This document shows positions 9,250 to 15,453 of a DNA stretch of 24,000 bases, one piece after another. A program made the position numbers and the translations under genes. Position 1 is the stretch's first letter; the number at the start of each line of letters is the position of its first letter. The notes beneath the pieces are model-generated. The model was given only the letters and a program-made list of their open reading frames with translations, was not told where the DNA came from and searched no databases. The stretch covers positions 42,624 to 66,623 of the forward strand of contig CAZLYC010000009.1 of the NCBI GenBank assembly GCA_964563755.1. The letters run 5' to 3'. Source of the stretch: an uncultured Methanosarcinales archaeon. GTDB taxonomy: Archaea > Nanobdellota > Nanobdellia > Woesearchaeales > UBA11576.

Positions 9250-11046
9250 TCATCTGTTAAGAGCATCAATCAACTGCACAAGCTCAGACAGCCTCAGTAT
9301 GTTAAACTCTGACTTCTTCCTGCTCACTTCCTCAAGATTGACACAAGTCATGCCTTTCTGTTTAGCCTCATTGAAACGGGCGCCAATCACGCCGACAAAA
9401 ACAGCTTCCCTGTCAGCACCCATCTCTTCAGGCCTTATCATCTTCGAAAATGATGAAGCTATACCTGAACCCGCATTTATGCCAACAATACTTATCCCTT
9501 TCTTTGAAAGCAATGAACTCACTGCCGGAAGCTCAAGTTCAAGCGCAGGATTAAGCGCATCACAATCCATCACGACTTTCCTCTTTTTTGAGACAGGAGC
9601 TTCATAATTCCCCCTGAACGAGCGCCACCTCTGCACAGACTTCTCAGCAAGCTTTACCGCATAGCCGATGTAAGTCTCCGGCCTCAGCGACTTGATCTTC
9701 TCTTTTGAATCATAATCTATACTCATCTCGTCAACAAAACTGTACAGTTCCTCAGGAGAGAAATTCTGTCCCCTTGAGAAATCCTTCATTACCTCGTAAG
9801 GCTTCTCATTGCCCTTCCTTCGTAAAAGAGTCTGCACTGCTTCAGAGAGTATGGCCCCTATAGGCGTGAGGTCTGAGAGCATCTTCTCCCTATTGACCTC
9901 TACCCTGCCAAGCTCTTCAGAAACATGAAGCACAGCAAGATAAGAATGCGCAATACCCACTCCTATTGCCCTCTGTGCTTCGTGGTCTGATAGATCTCTC
10001 TGCAGCCTGGACGCCTGAAGCTTCCAGATAAAACCAGTAAGTTTAGCATTAGCCTCGACAGCGCTTCCTTCAGCGACTTCCATCCTCCAAGGATTTATTT
10101 TATGAGGCATAGTAGAAGAACCAACTTCATGCGACAACTTCTGCTGCACAAGATAACCCTGCGAGATGTAAAGCCAGAAATCAACAGACAAATCCCTCAA
10201 GATATTATTCACGCTTACAAGCACGCTGAACATCCTGCAAAGACCGTCATGAGGCTCAATCTGCGTAGTCATAAGGTTAGGCTCAAACCCGAGCTTCCTG
10301 ATGAACTCTTCAGAAAAATGGATCCAGTCAATCTCTGGAGCCGCAAAAGCATGAGCATTATAATTCCCGACAGCGCCATTCAGCTTCGCAGGAAGCTTCA
10401 TCTTAGCAAGAGTCGTGACTTCATTCTTCAATCTCTCAACATAATTCGCCATCTCCTTGCCGAACGTTGTGGGAGTAGCAGGCTGGCCATGAGTCTTCGA
10501 AAGCATAGGCGAAGACTTCTCTGATTCAGCAAGATGAGCGAGCTTATCGACAAGACCAACCAGCGCAGGAATGTAATTGAGTTCCATGCCGCCCCTGACC
10601 ATGCAATCAATCGCGATGTTATTTATGTCTTCAGACGTCAATGCAAAATGAACCATCTCAGAAACATCATCCAAAGACGTCCCCTTAAGCTTCATCTTTA
10701 TGAAATACTCAACACTCTTGACATCATGATTAGTAGGCTTCTGGCCATTGTAGCCGAAACGGTCAATATCCTGTATGACTTTCGCATCAGCAAGACTAAA
10801 ACCACTAGCGATGCTCCTCAGGAAATCTTTCTCATCCCTTGTTAGGTCGCGTATAGCATCGAAATCATCAAGCTCAGAAAGCGAAATCAGGTACTCAACC
10901 TCAACAAAAACACGATACTTATGCAAAGCATACTCAGAAAACCAGTCAGCCAAGGGCTCGGTCATTATACGGTGCCTGCCGTCAATTGGCGAGATGGCCC
11001 TAAGAGAATGAAATGAAAGGTCCTCTGACTTAACCAACAAAACCAC
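9250..11046 (-). CDS. purB: Adenylosuccinate lyase with a ~125-aa C-terminal extension
   Basis: 598-aa ORF. PurB motifs present: SPIDGR, TSEDINN, THGQPATPTTFGKE and the signature GSSTMPHKINP. The PurB body ends near LRPETYIGYAVKLAEK (~residue 470) and residues ~475-598 are extra. The start is GTG or TTG (11046/11040/11037); no ATG is available upstream of the conserved N-terminus. Confidence 0.92.
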   Translation of the reverse strand: MVLLVKSEDLSFHSLRAISPIDGRHRIMTEPLADWFSEYALHKYRVFVEVEYLISLSELDDFDAIRDLTRDEKDFLRSIASGFSLADAKVIQDIDRFGYNGQKPTNHDVKSVEYFIKMKLKGTSLDDVSEMVHFALTSEDINNIAIDCMVRGGMELNYIPALVGLVDKLAHLAESEKSSPMLSKTHGQPATPTTFGKEMANYVERLKNEVTTLAKMKLPAKLNGAVGNYNAHAFAAPEIDWIHFSEEFIRKLGFEPNLMTTQIEPHDGLCRMFSVLVSVNNILRDLSVDFWLYISQGYLVQQKLSHEVGSSTMPHKINPWRMEVAEGSAVEANAKLTGFIWKLQASRLQRDLSDHEAQRAIGVGIAHSYLAVLHVSEELGRVEVNREKMLSDLTPIGAILSEAVQTLLRRKGNEKPYEVMKDFSRGQNFSPEELYSFVDEMSIDYDSKEKIKSLRPETYIGYAVKLAEKSVQRWRSFRGNYEAPVSKKRKVVMDCDALNPALELELPAVSSLLSKKGISIVGINAGSGIASSFSKMIRPEEMGADREAVFVGVIGARFNEAKQKGMTCVNLEEVSRKKSEFNILRLSELVQLIDALNR

Positions 11047-11125
11047 CGCCTTTTAAACCTTTAAAAATATACTTTCAAGACATCTTGCAGTTTTATATTT
11101 ATTATGATAGTGTAAACTATAGAAC

Positions 11126-12706
11126 TCAGAAATGCTCAAGAGTGTGTTGTCTCTTATCAGGCTCGACACATACTTCTTCCCCTACCTGCTTCTTGATGTC
11201 TGCCGCAACAGCCTTGCCAATAAGCTGAGTGAGAGTAGTCATGTCAGCCTTCTTCACATCGCCCAAATCCTTGATGCCTGCATTGAACAATTTCCTGGCT
11301 CTCACTCTTCCTATTCCACTAAGCTTCAGCAGCGCGATAAGCTCTTCCCTTACACCATACTTCAGCCTGAACCTTAGCTTAATTATGCTCTTGATTATAT
11401 CATGGAAACTCATGAGCTTTGCTAATTCTTCCGCAGAATACAAAAGCCAATCAGCCTTGTCTATCTTGACACGAGTCTCGCCAGGACGGATATCAAACTC
11501 CTCATACAAAAACTCCTCATCCTTCTCATCAATCCATTCCATCAAGAAAAAAGAAGTCTTCACAGACGCAAGGAAATCATCATACTCGGGCTCATAGATG
11601 CTTGGTTCTTTTTGCAGAAGCTCTGACTCGAAAGCGATGAACTTCTCAGTGAACTTATCGAACTCCTTTGTCTTGACTTTAAGTAAAGGCCGCATCTCAA
11701 GAGTGTTGCAGACCGTCTGGAGAAGAGCGAAAGGACTCGCCACCCTATCAGTAGACCTCCTTATGCACTTGATTATGTGATGAGCAGTTATAGGATCAAT
11801 ATACAACTGAGCGACCCTGCGGCCAAGAAGAGTGGGCCTGATCTTTCCATCAGAATCCTCAGCAATCTCTGACGCGCTGACAAAACCATCCTTCTTCTTC
11901 ATTATTATAAACTCATAATTCTCAAGAAGGTCAAGCATCTTGTCGATTATAGACGTGAGCTTCTTCATGTCCTTGAACTGATATGCCCAGAATGTCCCAG
12001 AGAAAAAATCAATTATCTTCTTCCTGGAATCAACAAACTCAGTAGCGATGAGCGAAAGCAGGTAAGTCCTCAACACTGGCTCGACAGCCAGCTTCGAGTA
12101 TATATCCTCTGGCTCTCCCTTAAGATAACGCTCACGTATCTTCTCCTTATCCTCCTCACTACCTGCGATGCAGATAGCTTCCCCGAACTTATCAAACTTA
12201 GGACGTCCAGCTCTCCCAGCCATCTGCAAATACTCAAGAACAGGGATGTACTGCATACCGCCCCAGCCAGTATCAGAGAAACGCTTAAGCTCCTTGATTA
12301 TCGCGCGGAAAGCCGGCAAGTCTACTCCTGCGGCAAGAGTAGGGGTGCAACAGATTATAGATATCTTTCCCTTCCTGAAACCCTCCTCAACAATATCGCG
12401 CTGCTTATGCGTAAGACCTGAATGATGGAACGCGACACCCTTCTTTACACACCTTGACAAGCGCTCACACTGCTTAGTGGGTTTAGGGATAGCAGAGATT
12501 ATATCATCAGAAAGCAAATCAAGCTCATCGCTTTTCGTCTCCATCTTGTGGGAAATATCTTCCGCGGATTTCTCAGCGCTTTTCTTGCTGCTGACAAAAA
12601 CAAGAGCCTGCTTACCTAGTTTCACAGTGTCAAGAGCAAGATTCACAGTATCACTAGGAGAAGGCTGCGAGACACCGACTGACTTTTCATGCTCCATACC
12701 AGACAA
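11126..12706 (-). CDS. hel308: Hel308/Ski2-like helicase, C-terminal part only (RecA2, winged helix, ratchet and HhH domains); RecA1 ATPase domain absent
   Basis: 526-aa ORF. Helicase motifs IV-VI present (ALVFVSSKK, HHSGL, TPTLAAGVDLPA, QMAGRAGRP). C-terminal LSGIGRVRARKLFNAGI is a helix-hairpin-helix. No Walker A or DEAH box anywhere in the ORF. An in-frame TAA lies at 12734..12736. The likely true start is ATG 12697..12695, with a TATA box centred 26-27 nt upstream. Confidence 0.85.
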   Translation of the reverse strand: MSGMEHEKSVGVSQPSPSDTVNLALDTVKLGKQALVFVSSKKSAEKSAEDISHKMETKSDELDLLSDDIISAIPKPTKQCERLSRCVKKGVAFHHSGLTHKQRDIVEEGFRKGKISIICCTPTLAAGVDLPAFRAIIKELKRFSDTGWGGMQYIPVLEYLQMAGRAGRPKFDKFGEAICIAGSEEDKEKIRERYLKGEPEDIYSKLAVEPVLRTYLLSLIATEFVDSRKKIIDFFSGTFWAYQFKDMKKLTSIIDKMLDLLENYEFIIMKKKDGFVSASEIAEDSDGKIRPTLLGRRVAQLYIDPITAHHIIKCIRRSTDRVASPFALLQTVCNTLEMRPLLKVKTKEFDKFTEKFIAFESELLQKEPSIYEPEYDDFLASVKTSFFLMEWIDEKDEEFLYEEFDIRPGETRVKIDKADWLLYSAEELAKLMSFHDIIKSIIKLRFRLKYGVREELIALLKLSGIGRVRARKLFNAGIKDLGDVKKADMTTLTQLIGKAVAADIKKQVGEEVCVEPDKRQHTLEHF

Positions 12707-12719
12707 AAAGTGAAGGTAG

Positions 12720-12727
12720 TTTAAAAA
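12720..12727 (-). promoter_or_regulatory. TATA box (TTTTTAAA on minus) for the truncated helicase gene
   Basis: Centred 26-27 nt upstream of ATG 12697, suggesting a leaderless transcript that starts at MEHEKSV. Confidence 0.45.
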
Positions 12728-12873
12728 TGTTTTTTAAATACGTGAAAAACACGCTAATACTCTCTTTCTATCATATCTTTCAAAAATACAAAACTTTAAA
12801 ATGAAACAACATTTTCGCAGCATAAACAAAAACAGCAGTATTCGCAAAAAATACGTAATAGGGGTGGCAAAAA

Positions 12874-13617
12874 GTGGCAGAACTGTTAACAGGAAGAGAC
12901 ATTCATTTCGGCATCGGCGGAAACATCGGCGCAGGAAAGACAGAATTCATCCAACAGGCACTAAAAGAGCCTAACATGTCAATACTTCTCGCATCACTAG
13001 GCGAAGGCTACGCAGGCCTCTTGCCAAACCACAAGAAAGATTACGTCACACTAATAGAAGAAATACCCGACGGAGAAGTCTTAAGCGCATACTACAGCGA
13101 CCCTAAAAGATACTCCTTCATGGCACAGACATACTTCTTCGAGCTAAGAGTCGGGAACCAGCAGAAGTTGGAAGCGACGAAGGGAATAGTGTTCGAAGAC
13201 AGGACACTCCTAGAAGACAAAGAAGTCTTCGGCAAGACACAGCACGACATGGGCTATATGTCAGACGTCGAATGGAAAGTCTACTCAGAATACGTCTACC
13301 CAAGATTCGCAAAAAGGATAGTGCAGCCACACCTCTGGGTATACCTCGAAGTCGAGGATGTGAACGTCCTCATGAACAGGATAAAGAAGAGGGGGCGCGA
13401 AGTAGAGCAGAACATACCGCAAGACTACATCCAGAAACTCAATGACAACTACAAATCATTCTGCCAGAACTACACAGCACCGCACCTCGTCATAAATTTC
13501 TCAGAAGACAGGGACGCAAGACCAGACAAGTTCTACACAGAAAAATTCGAAGCGATGGCAGAGAAGATAAAAGAGATAAGACGCGGCTGGAGATTCGACG
13601 GCAACGGAAAGAAGTGA
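12874..13617 (+). CDS. Deoxynucleoside kinase family protein (dCK/dGK/dAK type)
   Basis: 247 aa. GTG start with AGGGGTGG 6 nt upstream. P-loop GGNIGAGKT, YYSDPKRYSFMAQTYFF, FEDRTLLED (the ERS/DR motif) and lid RIKKRGREVEQ. Confidence 0.85.
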   Translation: MAELLTGRDIHFGIGGNIGAGKTEFIQQALKEPNMSILLASLGEGYAGLLPNHKKDYVTLIEEIPDGEVLSAYYSDPKRYSFMAQTYFFELRVGNQQKLEATKGIVFEDRTLLEDKEVFGKTQHDMGYMSDVEWKVYSEYVYPRFAKRIVQPHLWVYLEVEDVNVLMNRIKKRGREVEQNIPQDYIQKLNDNYKSFCQNYTAPHLVINFSEDRDARPDKFYTEKFEAMAEKIKEIRRGWRFDGNGKK

Positions 13618-13621
13618 AAAC

Positions 13622-14479
13622 ATGAGCGAGCTTGTAGAAAAGGTACAAAAATTCGAATCGATGAGCTCAAACGAGCTCGCGCAGAAAAGATACGACCTCG
13701 AGAAAGACTTCAGGAACTTCCTTCTTGAGAAAAAACTCATCATCGCATCCGAAGGAAACATAGGCCTAGGCAAGTCAATGATAATAAAAGTCCTTGAGAA
13801 CTATGGCATAGACCCATTCTACGAACTTGACAACAAGGGACTCGAGACACTAGACCAGCAATACAATATACCTATAGATACGCTTCTTGCAAAGTACTAT
13901 TCTGACAAGAAGATGTACTCACACCAGCTGCAAAAAGTATTCTTCGAAAGACGAGCATGCCAGCTAAGGACAGCATACTCAATGCTCAACGCAGGAAAAC
14001 TACTCGAAAAGATGGGCAAGCTGCACTCCGAAAGGATGGGCTCTGTCGGCTTTGACAGGATAATCTACGCAGACAGGCTTGTCTTTACAGAAGTCCTGCA
14101 TGACCAGGGAAACTTCGATGACTGGTACTACAATGAATACCTGCGATACTTCGATTCAGAAGTCAAGAACCTACCACAACCAGACCTATTAGTATTGCTA
14201 AAGGGAACACCTGAGTTCGCAATGAAGATGATACAATGCAGGAACAGGGATTTCGAGAAGATAGAAGAAGAGGAGAAAGGCACAGGGATAACACTAGAAT
14301 TCCTGACACAATTGGGCGGCAAATTCGACACATTCGAAGCAGACATGAGAAAGAACAACTACTACCACGGCCCAATCCTGGTAGTAGACAGGGAAAAGGT
14401 CAATCCAGTGACGAAGATACCGGACGCGCTGGCATTCCTGGAATGCATCATGGAGAAGCTCGGAAAGTCATATTCTTGA
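13622..14479 (+). CDS. Deoxynucleoside kinase family paralog (divergent)
   Basis: 285 aa with an ATG 4 nt after the upstream stop. P-loop EGNIGLGKS, YYSDKKMYSHQLQKVFF, FDRIIYADR, a lid-like CRNRDFE, and PDLLVLL. The family architecture matches the upstream gene but the sequence is clearly diverged, and it carries a ~35-aa N-terminal helix. Confidence 0.75.
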   Translation: MSELVEKVQKFESMSSNELAQKRYDLEKDFRNFLLEKKLIIASEGNIGLGKSMIIKVLENYGIDPFYELDNKGLETLDQQYNIPIDTLLAKYYSDKKMYSHQLQKVFFERRACQLRTAYSMLNAGKLLEKMGKLHSERMGSVGFDRIIYADRLVFTEVLHDQGNFDDWYYNEYLRYFDSEVKNLPQPDLLVLLKGTPEFAMKMIQCRNRDFEKIEEEEKGTGITLEFLTQLGGKFDTFEADMRKNNYYHGPILVVDREKVNPVTKIPDALAFLECIMEKLGKSYS

Positions 14480-14539
14480 TAATAAGCACTATAAACCCAT
14501 CCTGACCTATTTTAACGCTTGATGGAATAGTGCGAAAGT

Positions 14540-14547
14540 TTTATAAA
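14540..14547 (+). promoter_or_regulatory. TATA box TTTATAAA upstream of tRNA-Asn
   Basis: Same octamer as at 23767, preceded by the purine-rich GCGAAAG (BRE-like). It is centred about 39 nt upstream of the mature tRNA 5' end, implying a ~13-nt leader. Confidence 0.5.
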
Positions 14548-14582
14548 TGCCCTGAATCCGCACATTAGCAGGTATATCAATT

Positions 14583-14655
14583 GCCCCTATAGCTTAGCGG
14601 TTGGAGCGTGCGGCTGTTAACCGCAAGGTCACCAGTTCGAATCTGGTTAGGGGCG
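14583..14655 (+). tRNA. tRNA-Asn(GTT): tRNA-Asn (anticodon GTT), 73 nt, no encoded CCA
   Basis: Hand-folded cloverleaf. Acceptor GCCCCTA/TAGGGGC, D arm GCTT-AGCGGTTG-GAGC, anticodon arm TGCGG-CTGTTAA-CCGCA, variable AGGTC, T arm ACCAG-TTCGAAT-CTGGT, discriminator G. Confidence 0.93.
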
Positions 14656-14752
14656 CTTATACTTCCAAAGCTTTAACGAAAGCTTTGATGCAAAAGGTGC
14701 GGCGTTCGCTCGCTGTTGCTTGCTCAGCCACACTATACTAATTTTTTTACAT

Positions 14753-14848
14753 GAGCCCGTAGCTTAGTCTGGAGGGCAAACACGCCCGGGCAACTGGAGT
14801 GCTCGACTGATAATCGAGAGGTCCCGAGTTCAAATCTCGGCGGGCTCA
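14753..14848 (+). tRNA. tRNA-Ile(GAT): tRNA-Ile (anticodon GAT), 96 nt, with a ~23-nt non-canonical insertion (putative intron) at the D-arm/position 22-26 region; no encoded CCA
   Basis: Perfect acceptor GAGCCCG/CGGGCTC, anticodon arm CTCGA-CTGATAA-TCGAG, variable AGGTC, T arm CCGAG-TTCAAAT-CTCGG, discriminator A. The segment between GCTT (14762) and G14801 is 39 nt, whereas a normal D arm is about 16 nt. Confidence 0.8.
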
Positions 14849-14863
14849 CTTATTATTCTAGAA

Positions 14864-15379
14864 TCACATATTGATGATATACAAAGCGATAAGATTTGTC
14901 ATCATCGCGACAATGACAAAGAAACCGAAGTTCAGGAGTATATCGGTAAGCACCATCTTCCTGCTGCGCTTGAGCCTCCTTCCGACATATGTGCTTCCCA
15001 ACGGAAGACCATAGATGAAAATCAGCGAAGCTATTATTATGAAAAGATCCATGTTCTTCGCAGCGAAGAAATACGCGACACCCATCAGGAAATACGCGAG
15101 CTGGTTGATTGGCGTAGTCTCAGAAGTGAAATAGAGCGAGACACTGGCGACAACACCTAAAAGTATAAGCACGAAAAGATTCGCGCCATAACTGTAAAGT
15201 AGGATAAGCGCCATGAAAACCATAAGCGTGTTCATCAATGCCTTGAAGTACTGCTTGCCTGGCTTAAGCTCTTCTGGAGCGATGAACGCAAGAAGAGCGC
15301 CGACATAGACGCCTGAGAATGTGAAAAGCAATGTCACAAGATACGTAATCATGTATGACAATCCTGAAGTAAAGACCAA
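14864..15379 (-). CDS. Hypothetical polytopic integral membrane protein (~5-6 TM helices)
   Basis: 171-aa ORF, hydrophobic throughout. TTG start with AGAGGTGG about 6 nt upstream. No recognisable catalytic motif. Confidence 0.7.
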   Translation of the reverse strand: MVFTSGLSYMITYLVTLLFTFSGVYVGALLAFIAPEELKPGKQYFKALMNTLMVFMALILLYSYGANLFVLILLGVVASVSLYFTSETTPINQLAYFLMGVAYFFAAKNMDLFIIIASLIFIYGLPLGSTYVGRRLKRSRKMVLTDILLNFGFFVIVAMMTNLIALYIINM

Positions 15380-15453
15380 ACCATTCCACCTCTTTATTGA
15401 GGTGTTTATAAGCTAAGGGTATTTAAATATTTTGATTGGAAATAGACTTTCAA

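Noticed and set aside
12801-12974. A 57-codon, extremely basic ORF (MKQHFRSINKNSSIRKKYVIGVAKSGRTVNRKRHSFRHRRKHRRRKDRIHPTGTKRA) starting in the helicase/kinase intergenic region.
   Set aside because: It overlaps the P-loop-encoding 5' end of the well-supported deoxynucleoside kinase gene in another frame. It has no SD or correctly spaced TATA box. Its composition looks like an out-of-frame artefact of A/G-rich sequence.
14667-14686. Hairpin AAAGCTTT-AACG-AAAGCTTT between the two tRNA genes, as a possible processing signal or terminator.
   Set aside because: The 8-bp AT-rich stems are built from a self-complementary HindIII-type octamer repeated twice and could easily arise by chance in AT-rich spacer. 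No T-run follows directly. Its function cannot be supported from the sequence.
14695-14715. AGGTGCGGCGTTCGCTCGC in the tRNA-Asn/tRNA-Ile spacer resembles the right arm of the 18.7-kb inverted repeat (AGGTGGCGTTCG, plus the CGCTCGC motif). This suggests att-like direct repeats bracketing 14.7-18.7 kb.
   Set aside because: The match is only about 12-13 nt with an indel, and the flanks do not align. By my rough estimate, several 13-mer coincidences are expected by chance within a 24-kb window on both strands. It is not sufficient evidence for an integration boundary.
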